Below are positions 23,733 to 32,395 of a stretch of DNA of 32,395 nt, piece by piece. Position 1 is the stretch's first letter. Each line of letters starts with the position of its first letter. The DNA is from Candidatus Hadarchaeales archaeon (lineage in GTDB: Archaea; Hadarchaeota; Hadarchaeia; Hadarchaeales; WYZ-LMO6), in assembly GCA_038851755.1 (NCBI GenBank), contig JAWCKR010000016.1:1-32395 (forward strand), written 5' to 3'. Below the pieces are notes generated by a model, which worked only from the letters and a program-made list of their open reading frames with translations, did no database searches and was not told the origin of the DNA. Both the position numbers and the translations under genes were made by a program.

Positions 23733-24438
23733 CGCAAACCGGACAGCCGGGGTTCCTCCTGACCTCCACCTCCTCGAAGGTCATGCCCTTCCCCTCGAAG
23801 AGCAGGAGTCTGCCCACCAGGGGTTTCCCCACCCCCGTGAGGAGCTTTATAACCTCCATGGCCTGCAGGCACCCCATCACCCCCGCCGTGGCCCCCAGCA
23901 CGGGAAAAACGGGCTTCGGAGGAGGGGGCTCGGGGATCAGGCACCGGAGGCAGGGACCCTCCCCCGGAAGCACCGTGAGGAGCTGTCCGGTGAGGCCCTC
24001 GACCGCCGCGTGCACGAAGGGAACCCCCTTCCTCACGCAGTGGGAGTTCACCAGGTACCTGGTCTCGTAGTTGTCAAGCCCGTCCACCACCACGTCCCCC
24101 CTCAGGACCCTCCCCGCATTTTCCTCCGTGAGCCTCTCCCCCACCACCTCCACCCTCACCTCCGGGTTGAGCTCCCCGAGCTTCTCCGCCGCGGACTCCG
24201 CCTTGGGCCTCCCCACGTCCCTGGTCCAGTGGAGGACCTGCCTGTTCAGGTTGCTCTCCTCCACCCTCTCAGAATCCACCAGCGTGATCCTCCCCACCCC
24301 AGCCGCTGCCAGGTACAGGGAGGAGGGACAGCCCAGTCCCCCCAGCCCCACCACCACCGCGTGCGCCCTCCTCAGCCTCCTCTGCGCCTTCTCCCCGAAG
24401 CCCGGGATGAGCACCTGCCTGCTGTACCTCTCCTCCAC
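23692..24438 (-). CDS. moeB: MoeB/ThiF/HesA-family E1-like adenylyltransferase
   Basis: ERYSRQ, GLGGLG, SNLNRQ, DGLDN, CLRC and CPVC. GTG 24438 chosen because the longer ORF runs into the tRNA. Confidence 0.9.
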   Translation of the reverse strand: MEERYSRQVLIPGFGEKAQRRLRRAHAVVVGLGGLGCPSSLYLAAAGVGRITLVDSERVEESNLNRQVLHWTRDVGRPKAESAAEKLGELNPEVRVEVVGERLTEENAGRVLRGDVVVDGLDNYETRYLVNSHCVRKGVPFVHAAVEGLTGQLLTVLPGEGPCLRCLIPEPPPPKPVFPVLGATAGVMGCLQAMEVIKLLTGVGKPLVGRLLLFEGKGMTFEEVEVRRNPGCPVCGGGLGRRGSSRKG

Positions 24439-24506
24439 CTTCTTACTCTCTCCTCCCTCCCAAAAAGCCGGAGGGAGGGCTAAACCGGCATATACCCAGG
24501 GAAGAA

Positions 24507-24584
24507 TGGCGGGCCCGGTGGGATTCGAACCCACGATTTGCAGCTTAGGACGCTGCCGCCGTATCCTGGCTTGGCCACGGGCCC
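24507..24584 (-). tRNA. tRNA-Arg(CCT), intronless, CCA encoded
   Basis: Folds as a 78-nt cloverleaf: GGGCCCG TG GCCA AGCCAGGATA CGGC G GCAGC GTCCTAA GCTGC AAATC GTGGG TTCGAAT CCCAC CGGGCCC G CCA. Has A20 and discriminator G. Confidence 0.95.
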
Positions 24585-24671
24585 CACCATACTCCCCCTT
24601 CCCCGTTTTTAGGATTGCGTGCCTCCTCGGTAGAGTTAAATAAGAGGAGTGAAAAGGAGGGAGGTGAAACC

Positions 24672-25454
24672 TTGGCCTACCAGACCATTATAGTGGAGAA
24701 AAAGGACGGAGTGGCCAAAATTACCCTGAACCGACCGGAAAGGATGAACGCCATCAACCCGACCATTGCCACGGAAATCAGGGACGCCATGGAGGAGATC
24801 AAGAAGGACGACAGCGTGAAGGTGGTGGTGATCACGGGGGCTCCCAGGATAAAGGAGAAGGAGGGGAAGAAGGAGATAAGGTACGTGTTCTCGGCGGGGT
24901 GGGACATGTCCGAGGCCGCGCCCCTTCCCTTCTCCCTGACCGACTACATCCAGGACTACGAGAAGCCGGTGATAGCCATGGTCAACGGGTTCGCCCTGGG
25001 GGGAGGGAACGAGATCGCCCTGGCCTGCGACTTCATCTTCGCCTCCGAGAACTCCGAGCTGGGGCAGCCTGAGATCGTCAGGGGCTTCCTTCCCGGGTGG
25101 GGCGGAACCCAGAGGCTTCCCAGGAGGATCGGTCTGCCCAAGGCGAAGATGCTGATCCTCACCGGGAAGACCCTGAGCGGAAAGGAGGCGGAGCGCATAG
25201 GCATGGTGGACGTGTGCGTGCCCATGGAGAAGCTGGAGGAGACGGTGATGGAGTTCGCGAAGGACCTGGCGAAGAAGGCACCGCTGGCCGTCAAGAAGAT
25301 CAAGGAAGTGATGAACAAGGGGATGGAAACCGACCTGAAGTCTGGCCTGAAGCTGGAGGAGGAAGCGCTTAACTTCCTCACCCAGACGGAGGACTTCCAG
25401 GAAGGGCTGATGGCCTTCCTGGAGAAGAGAGAGCCCGTGTGGAAGGGAAGGTAG
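24672..25454 (+). CDS. Enoyl-CoA hydratase/isomerase (crotonase family)
   Basis: TTG after GGAGGTGA. LNRPERMNA, FSAGWD, KPVIAMVNGFALGGGNE (catalytic Glu), GQPE and PGWGGTQRL. Confidence 0.93.
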   Translation: MAYQTIIVEKKDGVAKITLNRPERMNAINPTIATEIRDAMEEIKKDDSVKVVVITGAPRIKEKEGKKEIRYVFSAGWDMSEAAPLPFSLTDYIQDYEKPVIAMVNGFALGGGNEIALACDFIFASENSELGQPEIVRGFLPGWGGTQRLPRRIGLPKAKMLILTGKTLSGKEAERIGMVDVCVPMEKLEETVMEFAKDLAKKAPLAVKKIKEVMNKGMETDLKSGLKLEEEALNFLTQTEDFQEGLMAFLEKREPVWKGR

Positions 25455-25481
25455 AACCTTCCCCTTCCCCTTTCTTTTTTT
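25441..25481 (+). terminator. Hairpin plus T-tract terminator
   Basis: GGAAGGGAAGGT-AGA-ACCTTCCCCTTCC followed by a pyrimidine run ending in TTTCTTTTTTT, right after the crotonase stop. Confidence 0.65.
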
Positions 25482-25581
25482 GGCTTCTGCGCCATTACCG
25501 GGCGCCTCCCCTCGCTCATCCTCCTCCCCCGGAAGAAGGCCAAGGCGGTAGGATTAAAAGGAGGTCTGGAGTATTCCCAAC

Positions 25582-26133
25582 GTGAACGTGCTTGAGGCCA
25601 TAAAGGGGAGGAGGTCCGTCCGCAAATACCTCCCCAGGGAAGTGGAGGAGGAAAAACTCAGGGAACTTCTGGAGGCGGCGCGCTGGGCGCCCTCCTGGGC
25701 CAACACCCAGTGCTGGGAGTTCATCCTGGTGAAAGACCCCTCCACCAAGGAAAAGCTGTCCGAGACCCTGCCCCCGGGCAATCCCGCCAGGGAAGCGGTG
25801 AGGACGGCCCCCGTGGTGGTGGTGGCGTGCGGGCGAACGGGAGTCTCAGGCTTCTACAAGGGAAAGGCGGTGACGGACAAGGGCGACTTCTATCTCTTCG
25901 ACGTGGCCCTGGCCCTCCAGAACCTCTGCCTGGCCGCCCACGCGCTCGGCCTGGGGACGGTCCACGTGGGGTACTTCGACAGCCAGGCGGCGGAGAGGCT
26001 CCTGGGGGTGCCGGAGGGGGTGAAGGTGGTGGAGCTGGTGCCCGTGGGCTACCCCGCCGAGGAGCCCAGGGCCCCCCGCCGGAAGGAACTCTCGGAAATC
26101 GTGCACCGGGAGAGGTACGGGCAGAGGGGGTAA
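25582..26133 (+). CDS. Nitroreductase family flavoprotein
   Basis: RRSVRKY, WAPSWANTQCWEF, NLCLAAHALGLGT and VGYPAE. Confidence 0.93.
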   Translation: MNVLEAIKGRRSVRKYLPREVEEEKLRELLEAARWAPSWANTQCWEFILVKDPSTKEKLSETLPPGNPAREAVRTAPVVVVACGRTGVSGFYKGKAVTDKGDFYLFDVALALQNLCLAAHALGLGTVHVGYFDSQAAERLLGVPEGVKVVELVPVGYPAEEPRAPRRKELSEIVHRERYGQRG

Positions 26134-26137
26134 GGGA

Positions 26138-26836
26138 GTGACCTTACCCGCGGTGGAAACCAGGGACCTGAAGAAGATTTACCAGCTGGGGAAGGTGCAA
26201 GTCCCGGCGCTGAGGGGAGTGACGGTGAAGTTCTTCCGGGGGGAGATGGCGGTGATCATGGGGCCCTCCGGGTCGGGAAAGACCACCCTGCTCAACCTCA
26301 TAGGCACCTTCGACCGACCCACCAGCGGAAGGATCTACATCGACGGGCAGGACCTGACCAGGATGGGGGAGAGGGAGCTGACCCGACTGAGGAGGGAGAA
26401 GATAGGGTTCGTGTTCCAGTTCTACAACCTCATCCCCGTCCTCACCGCCTTCGAGAACGTGGAGCTCCCCATGCTCATCTCCGGGAAGCCCAGGGAGGAG
26501 AGACGGAGGAGGACGGAGGAGCTGCTGGAGCTGGTGGGGCTCTCCCAGAGGGGTCACCACCGTCCGGACGAACTGAGCGGCGGGGAGCAGCAGAGGGTGG
26601 CCATAGCCAGGGCGCTGGCCAACAGACCCTCCATCGTGCTGGCGGACGAGCCCACCGGAGACCTGGACACGAAGACAGGGAGGGAAGTGGTGGAGGCCCT
26701 GAGGAGGGCGGCGAAGGAGGAGGAAGTGGCGGTGATCGTGGTGACGCACGACCCCGCCGTGGCGGAGAGGGCGGACAGGGTGCTGAGGATAAGGGACGGC
26801 AGGATCGTGAAGGAAGTGAGGAACAGGGGGAGGTAG
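26138..26836 (+). CDS. LolD/MacB-type ABC transporter ATP-binding protein
   Basis: GPSGSGKTT, GFVFQFYNL, LSGGEQQRVAIARAL, LADEPTGDLD and VTHD. Confidence 0.95.
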   Translation: MTLPAVETRDLKKIYQLGKVQVPALRGVTVKFFRGEMAVIMGPSGSGKTTLLNLIGTFDRPTSGRIYIDGQDLTRMGERELTRLRREKIGFVFQFYNLIPVLTAFENVELPMLISGKPREERRRRTEELLELVGLSQRGHHRPDELSGGEQQRVAIARALANRPSIVLADEPTGDLDTKTGREVVEALRRAAKEEEVAVIVVTHDPAVAERADRVLRIRDGRIVKEVRNRGR

Positions 26837-26837
26837 C

Positions 26838-29408
26838 CTGTCCCTCCTTAAAATTCCCCTCCGCAGCTTCCCCAGGAGAAAGGCCAGGAACCTTCTGACC
26901 GCCCTGGCGGTGGCGGTGAGCGTATCCCTCTTCATCGGGGTGAACCTGGCCACGGAGAGCGCCTCCCAGGCCTTCGAGGACTACCTGGAGAGGGGATGGG
27001 GGGAAACCGACCTCATCGTGACCTACGGCTCGCCCTCCCCCTTCGGGCAGGACAACCTCTCCCTCCTGGAGAACGTGGAGGGCATAGAGGGCGTGGCCAG
27101 GGCCCTGAGCCTGGCCGCCTTCATGGAGGGGGACCCGGGAGGGGTGATGGAGGCCAGGGGGGTGGACCCCTCCGAATACTACTACCTGGGCCTGCTGGAG
27201 GCCATCTCCGGAGAGGGGAAGCTGGGTGGAGAGAACGTGGTGATCACGAGGGCGCTGGCGGAGAACTACGGGCTGAGGGCGGGTGACTGGTTCACCGCCA
27301 GCCTGGTGAGGAGCGAGGCGGAGAACGGGGAGCTGCACTCCTTCAGGGTGTCGGGCATCTACGACCCCAAGGAGAGGGTGGAGTTCAACCAGAGGTACTT
27401 CTTCGTCTCCCTGGAGGAGCTGCAGAGGCTCTCGGGAAGGGAGGGGAAGCTCTCTTCCCTCTGGATCAAGCTTCAGCGCTTCGAGGACACCACCAGGGTG
27501 AGGGACCGGTTGAAGGAGCTCTTCGGCCCTGAGTTCGAGGTACACGCCCCCAAGATAGAGGCCGTGGAGGTGATGAGGAGGCAGACCGCCAGCTTCAGGC
27601 AGGGGCTCGACGCCATGGTGGTGGTCTCCCTGGTGGTTTGCCTCTTCCTGGTGTTCAACACCATGTTCATCAACGTGAGGGAGAGGATAAGCGAGATAGG
27701 CATCCTGCGGTCGGTGGGGTCCTCCGGCCCGCAGGTCTTCTCCGTGTTCTTCACCGAGAGCTTCCTGCTGGGCGCGGCGGGTGTCTCCCTGGGGATCCTC
27801 CTGGGCCTCCTGCTGGGCAGGGGCTTCCTCCTCCTCTTCCTGGGCGTGGAAGGGATGGGGGGAGGGCTCTCCTTCACCCTCTCCCCCACGGTGCTCCTGC
27901 AGGGGGCCCTGGCGGGGATGATGGCGGTGCTCGGAGGGGCCTTCTACCCCTCCCTGGCCGCGTGCAGGGTGACGGTGGACCAGGCCCTCCGCCCGGAGAT
28001 GAGGAGAGAGGAAGTGAAACGGGGGAGACTGCTGCTGGCCGGGTCCTTCCTCTTCCTCCTGGGCTCCTCCCTTCAGCTGGGCTGGCTCCCCTCCCCCACC
28101 CCGGGGCTGGACTTCTTCATCATGGCGGTGGGTGCCATCATCCTGGCCGCCCTCCTCCTGAGCTTCTCCTCCTCCAAGCTCTCCGGAGTCGGAGGGGTGG
28201 GGAGGCTGGTTTCCAGAAATCTGGGGAGGAAGGTCATGCGGACGGCGGTGTGCTTCGGGATCGTGGGGATGAGTCTGAGCTTTGTGGTGATGCTGGGTGG
28301 CCTGAAGACGGGAATCAGGGGCGCCATGGAAGAAAGCGTGAGGGAGTCGCTGGGGGCTGACCTCATCCTTATCTCTGAGAGGAACCTGCCCCTGGGGTTC
28401 GCCGACAACCTGAGGGCGATGGAGGGGGTAAGGGAGGTGGTCCCGACCAGCATCGTCTATCCTGGGACCAGGTGCCTGGAGCCCTCCGCCAGGTCCATAG
28501 GCATCTTCGTGGTGGATCCCGAGACCCTCCCCAGGGTGATAAGGCAGGAGTTCGTGGACCCGCCCGGTCTCTCGCCCGACGAGGCCTACCGGCAACTGTC
28601 GGAGGACCCCAGGACCCTCATCCTTCCCAAGCACCTGGCGGAGGAGCTGGGGGTGAGGGCGGGGGAGAACCTCACCCTGGAGACCTGGAGGTTGACGGAG
28701 ATGGGAACGATCCCGGGGAAGGAGAACTTCAGGGTGGTGGGCATCTTCACCGGGGCGGTCCTGGAGCACGTGTGGATAGGGAGCCACCCCCTCTCCGAGT
28801 CCGCCGTGGCCAGCTTCCTCACCCAGGACGAGTACTTCTACCCCGCCTGGGGAAGGGGCAGGGCCTGGGGCTTCCTGGTGGAGGTGGAGGAGGGCTTCGA
28901 CCCCTCGGAGGTGAGGGAGAGGGTGGACCGGGAGTACCCCGACTGCGGCTTTTCCTCCCACTCCATCACCCACCAGGAGATCCTGGACTACGCCAGGGAG
29001 AGCATAGACAGGGTGTTCTACATCCTCTTCGCCGTCCTCTACTTCTCCGTCCTGATAGGGGCGATAGCCATAGCGGTGGTGATGCTCATGAACGTGACGG
29101 AGAGGAGGAGGGAGATAGGCATCCTCCGCTCCCAGGGGATGAGCGGGCTCCAGGTCCTCCTGATGTTCCTGGAAGAGGCGGTGGTGGTGGGGCTGGTGGG
29201 CCTGGGCATAGGGCTGGTCTGCGGCCCCATCCTCCTCAAGGGCACGGTCTCCTCCATGTCCTTCGCCGGGTTCACCGTGGAGATGGTCCTCCCTCTGGAG
29301 GCTCTCCTCCACGCCTCCCTCCTGGCCCTCGCCGCGGCCATCTTGGGGGGCCTTTACCCCTCCTACAGGGCCTCCAGGATGACCATAGTGGACTCCCTGA
29401 GGAGATAG
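26838..29408 (+). CDS. FtsX/MacB-like ABC permease (tandem duplicated halves)
   Basis: Two ERxxEIGILRSxG motifs and two extracytoplasmic domains. The family N-terminal motif (LRSFPRRKARNLLTAL) lies upstream of the track start at 26910, implying a CTG start at 26838. Confidence 0.9.
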   Translation: MSLLKIPLRSFPRRKARNLLTALAVAVSVSLFIGVNLATESASQAFEDYLERGWGETDLIVTYGSPSPFGQDNLSLLENVEGIEGVARALSLAAFMEGDPGGVMEARGVDPSEYYYLGLLEAISGEGKLGGENVVITRALAENYGLRAGDWFTASLVRSEAENGELHSFRVSGIYDPKERVEFNQRYFFVSLEELQRLSGREGKLSSLWIKLQRFEDTTRVRDRLKELFGPEFEVHAPKIEAVEVMRRQTASFRQGLDAMVVVSLVVCLFLVFNTMFINVRERISEIGILRSVGSSGPQVFSVFFTESFLLGAAGVSLGILLGLLLGRGFLLLFLGVEGMGGGLSFTLSPTVLLQGALAGMMAVLGGAFYPSLAACRVTVDQALRPEMRREEVKRGRLLLAGSFLFLLGSSLQLGWLPSPTPGLDFFIMAVGAIILAALLLSFSSSKLSGVGGVGRLVSRNLGRKVMRTAVCFGIVGMSLSFVVMLGGLKTGIRGAMEESVRESLGADLILISERNLPLGFADNLRAMEGVREVVPTSIVYPGTRCLEPSARSIGIFVVDPETLPRVIRQEFVDPPGLSPDEAYRQLSEDPRTLILPKHLAEELGVRAGENLTLETWRLTEMGTIPGKENFRVVGIFTGAVLEHVWIGSHPLSESAVASFLTQDEYFYPAWGRGRAWGFLVEVEEGFDPSEVRERVDREYPDCGFSSHSITHQEILDYARESIDRVFYILFAVLYFSVLIGAIAIAVVMLMNVTERRREIGILRSQGMSGLQVLLMFLEEAVVVGLVGLGIGLVCGPILLKGTVSSMSFAGFTVEMVLPLEALLHASLLALAAAILGGLYPSYRASRMTIVDSLRR

Positions 29409-29457
29409 GAAAACCTCCGGTGTCCACAACCTTTAAATCACGCGCATGAGAAAAAGG

Positions 29458-30969
29458 ATGCAAATGGAGGTTCAGACCCTTTCCCAGCTTCCGAGGAGGG
29501 CGGCGGAGGAGTTCGGGGATAAACCCTTCCTCCTCTATCCCTCCCTTCTAACCTTCAGGCAGCTGGACGCGGAGTCTGACAAGGTGGCTTCCGGTCTGGC
29601 GGAGCTGGGGGTGGGGAAGGGGGACAGGGTGGCCCTCTACCTCTGGAACCGGCCGGAGTTCGTCTACGCCCTCTTCGGGATCCTGAAGGCCGGTGCGATA
29701 GCGGTACCCATTGATCCCGCCTTCAGGGAGAGGGAGGTGCGCACCCTCCTGACCGACTCGGGGGCCAAGGCAATTTTCCTGGAGGAGGCCACTTCCACCG
29801 TGGTGCAGAACGTGAAGGAGGAACTACCCGAGCTGGTGCACCTCATCTCCGTCACCGGAGAAGGGGGGACGACCAGCCTCAAGGAACTCGAGAAGCCCTC
29901 TCCTCCTCCCTCCGTGCAGCCTTCCCCGGACGACCCTGCCGTTATCATGTACGCCGCCAGAGAGAGGGGGTACCTGGGGGCGGTGCTCACCCACGCCAAT
30001 CTTCTCTCCGTGATCAGGCGCCTCGCCACCCCCGAACTCTCCTTCGGCAAGCCCGAGGACAGGGTGGCCCTCCTCCACCTGATGTACTCCGTCTTCAGCC
30101 TTGACGAGCTCTTCCTCTCCCTCTACCTGGGCAACTCCGTGGTGCTGGAGAAGAGCTTCGACATCGAGGTCTTCCTCTCCCACGTGGAGCAGCTCTGGGT
30201 CTCCAAGGTCCTCCTCCCGATGACCAACATCATGCTCCTCACGGACCTCCCCAACGTGATCACCAAGTACGACCTTTCCTCCCTCCGCTTCGTCTGCAAC
30301 GTGGAGGAGGCCTACAACAGGGAGGTGGCGGAGGAGTTCCAAACCCTCACGGGGGTTCCGGTGATCAACTCCTACGGGCTTGCCGAGGCCTCAGGCTTCG
30401 TGAACCTCCCCAGGGTGGGGGGAGAGACCCCGCCTGGCTCGCTGGGCCCCGCCCTGGGAGTGGAGGAGAAGGTGGTGGACGAGCAGGGAAGGGAGGTGGA
30501 GCCTGGGAAGGTGGGGGAGCTGGTGGTGAGGGGCCCTCAGGTGATGAAGGGATACTGGAACAAGCCTGAGGAAACGGCCAGGGTCCTGAAAGACGGATGG
30601 CTCCACACGGGGGACCTCGCGACGATGGATAGCGGAGGGAACCTGGAGCTGGTGGGAAGGAAGAAGAGAATGATCAAGTTCAGGGGCTTCGGCATCTCCC
30701 CCGAGGAGGTGGAGGGGGTGCTCAAGGAGCACGAGGCGGTGATGGACGCCGTGGTGGCTGGAAAACCCGGACTGGCGGGCGGCGAAATCCCGGTGGCCTT
30801 CGTGGCACTTAAACAGGGAATGAAAACCACGGCGGGTGAGCTCATGAGGTGGGTGGAGGAGAGGCTGGCCCCCTTCAAGAGGGTCAGGGAAGTGGAGTTC
30901 GTTCCCCTCATTCCCAGGGACAGGCTCCAGGAGTTCATCCAGAGGATGACCAGCAGGAGGAGGAGGTAG
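29458..30969 (+). CDS. AMP-binding (acyl-CoA ligase-like) protein with degenerate catalytic motifs
   Basis: GVGKGDRVAL, YGLAEA, GELVVRGPQVMKGYWN and GWLHTGDLA are retained. The P-loop reads YAARERGYLG and the A10 GK is absent. Start could be 29446, 29458 or 29464; TATA-like TTTAAAT at 29432-29438. Confidence 0.88.
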   Translation: MQMEVQTLSQLPRRAAEEFGDKPFLLYPSLLTFRQLDAESDKVASGLAELGVGKGDRVALYLWNRPEFVYALFGILKAGAIAVPIDPAFREREVRTLLTDSGAKAIFLEEATSTVVQNVKEELPELVHLISVTGEGGTTSLKELEKPSPPPSVQPSPDDPAVIMYAARERGYLGAVLTHANLLSVIRRLATPELSFGKPEDRVALLHLMYSVFSLDELFLSLYLGNSVVLEKSFDIEVFLSHVEQLWVSKVLLPMTNIMLLTDLPNVITKYDLSSLRFVCNVEEAYNREVAEEFQTLTGVPVINSYGLAEASGFVNLPRVGGETPPGSLGPALGVEEKVVDEQGREVEPGKVGELVVRGPQVMKGYWNKPEETARVLKDGWLHTGDLATMDSGGNLELVGRKKRMIKFRGFGISPEEVEGVLKEHEAVMDAVVAGKPGLAGGEIPVAFVALKQGMKTTAGELMRWVEERLAPFKRVREVEFVPLIPRDRLQEFIQRMTSRRRR

Positions 30970-32395
30970 TGTCGGAGCACCTGGAGGGAGTGAAGAGGAT
31001 CCTCAGCAAGGAAGCTTTCGAGGACTTCCAGCGCAGGGTCCAGCCCGTCCTCTCCATGAGGGAAGAAATAGCCAGGAAGTTCAGGGACGTCTACCCCCGC
31101 GGGCACGAGCACCTGGCCCCCGAGGGCTTCTGCGTGGATCCCTGGATGGTCGTTTGGATGAGGGAAAGGGGCGGCCTGGACCTGAAGACCTGGCGCAGGC
31201 TGGAGTACGAGGAGTTCATAGAGTGGGCCCACCGCAACTTCTACGCCATCTCCCTGTGCCAGGAGGCCCTCTCCAAAAACCTCTCCCCCGCCGAGGCCAT
31301 AGAGGCCAGGTGGCTCTGCCATCTGGCCCAGCCCCCCGCCTACCTGGTGAGGCCCGACCTGGGGTTCGCCAGCATGAAGTACCTGTACGGCGAGTACGCC
31401 ACCACCCTCTGGCTGCACGTGGACTACTGGACGGGTGAGTTCGACTGGATAGAGGGCTTCCACAACGAGAAGGGGGTGCCCACCCAGTACTGGCTGGTGG
31501 GCACCAGCGAAGAAATTGCCCAGCACTTCGACGAGACGGACCGCGAGAAGCTCCTCACGCCCAGCGAGAGCGTGGCCGCGCCCAAGGACGTCACCTACCA
31601 GCTCGCCCTCAGGGATCCCACCACCGGGATAAGGATGAGGGACCTCCCCAAGCACATGCCATACGTGCTGGAGGAGTGGGTGCACCCGGTCAGGGAGGTG
31701 ATGATGGACCTGAGGGGGAGTGTGTTCAGGAGGTGGGTGCATGCCAACCTCTACCTCTCGGTTTCCCCAGGTCACTGGGGGGTGGGGACCCAGCAGAACT
31801 TCTGGAGCGTCTCGGGCTTCTGGGCAGACCCCTGGATGGCCATCAACAACGTGAAGCTCTTCGGTCACCCCCTCCAGTACTACCTGCAGTACCCTGCTCC
31901 CCCGGGCTTCGAGAGCGTGATGGGGATGACCAAGGAAGGGTGCATCAGGGCCATGGCAGAACTCTTCCTCCAGGGGCCCAACGGCCTCCTGTGCGACGCC
32001 ATCAACAAGCTGGTCACACCTCCGAAGAAGACCCCCCTCCTGCACTCCATCAGGAAGCTCTTCCTGGAGGGGAAGATGTTCAAGGGGTTCGCCGCACCCT
32101 TCGACGACGGGATACCCCCGCCCAGGGCCCTGCTCACCTCCGTACCAACACCCCTGTATGTGGAAACTACCATGCGAGACGCACGCATGATAGAAAACCC
32201 CGACTTCATCAACGACCCCTCCAACAAGGCCTTCAGGGAGCTCCTGGAGTCCGAGGGAGGGATAGACCTCAGGACCGGCAGGGTACCACCCTACGACGAG
32301 GTCCCCAGGCTGAAGTGGCTGTTCGATCCCACCATAGAGTGGCTGAAGCCCAAGGACTTCCCGCCCATAGACTGGTCGAAGGGGCAGGTCTGGCC
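30969..32395 (+). CDS. Large hypothetical Trp-rich protein (>=475 aa), 3' partial, not in the ORF track
   Basis: GTG overlaps the TAG of the ligase-like gene. Hand translation (MSEHLEGVKRILSKEAFEDFQRRVQP...PPIDWSKGQVW) has no stop before the window end, with strong host-like GC3 codon bias. Confidence 0.88.
   Translation, partial: MSEHLEGVKRILSKEAFEDFQRRVQPVLSMREEIARKFRDVYPRGHEHLAPEGFCVDPWMVVWMRERGGLDLKTWRRLEYEEFIEWAHRNFYAISLCQEALSKNLSPAEAIEARWLCHLAQPPAYLVRPDLGFASMKYLYGEYATTLWLHVDYWTGEFDWIEGFHNEKGVPTQYWLVGTSEEIAQHFDETDREKLLTPSESVAAPKDVTYQLALRDPTTGIRMRDLPKHMPYVLEEWVHPVREVMMDLRGSVFRRWVHANLYLSVSPGHWGVGTQQNFWSVSGFWADPWMAINNVKLFGHPLQYYLQYPAPPGFESVMGMTKEGCIRAMAELFLQGPNGLLCDAINKLVTPPKKTPLLHSIRKLFLEGKMFKGFAAPFDDGIPPPRALLTSVPTPLYVETTMRDARMIENPDFINDPSNKAFRELLESEGGIDLRTGRVPPYDEVPRLKWLFDPTIEWLKPKDFPPIDWSKGQVW

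Noticed and set aside
24507-24584. tRNA-Arg as an integration site for the dpnI region
   Set aside because: No duplicate of the tRNA 3' end and no integrase seen, and housekeeping moeB/moaE follow directly.
26475-29429. 984-aa minus-strand ORF, and other long overlapping ORFs such as 92..1375, 3081..4208, 8043..9035, 18759..20009 and 30537..32045
   Set aside because: These are shadow or alternative frames of well-supported genes, caused by high GC3 and few stop codons. They are low-complexity P/G/H/R-rich translations with no motifs.

Overview
High-GC archaeal chromosomal window. Evidence: TATA-like boxes ~25 nt upstream of leaderless starts, an archaeal-type ATP-dependent DNA ligase and tRNA-Arg, and heavy AGG/GAG codon use. 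A thermophilic anaerobe is inferred, not shown. Housekeeping and metabolic genes: 4-hydroxybutyryl-CoA dehydratase (5' partial), radical SAM enzyme, YgjP/M48-like metallohydrolase, DNA ligase, two ABC exporters, PhlG-like hydrolase, DUF1614, transaldolase, NDP-sugar epimerase, MBL hydrolase, MoaE, MoeB/ThiF, crotonase and nitroreductase. Accessory or unexplained parts: (1) a convergent pair, a 764-aa exported protein with a probable long beta-hairpin stalk and a 3-TM protein, whose two C-termini share one lower-GC block, next to a HerA-wHTH ATPase; (2) a HEPN-MNT module bracketed by a duplicated transaldolase 3' end; (3) five coupled pilin-like genes; (4) a DpnI-like gene with four GATC sites in its promoter region; (5) a degenerate acyl-CoA ligase coupled to a large unknown Trp-rich gene missing from the ORF track. 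No CRISPR array, rRNA, transposase or integrase was seen. All family calls come from motif recognition by eye, not database searches.
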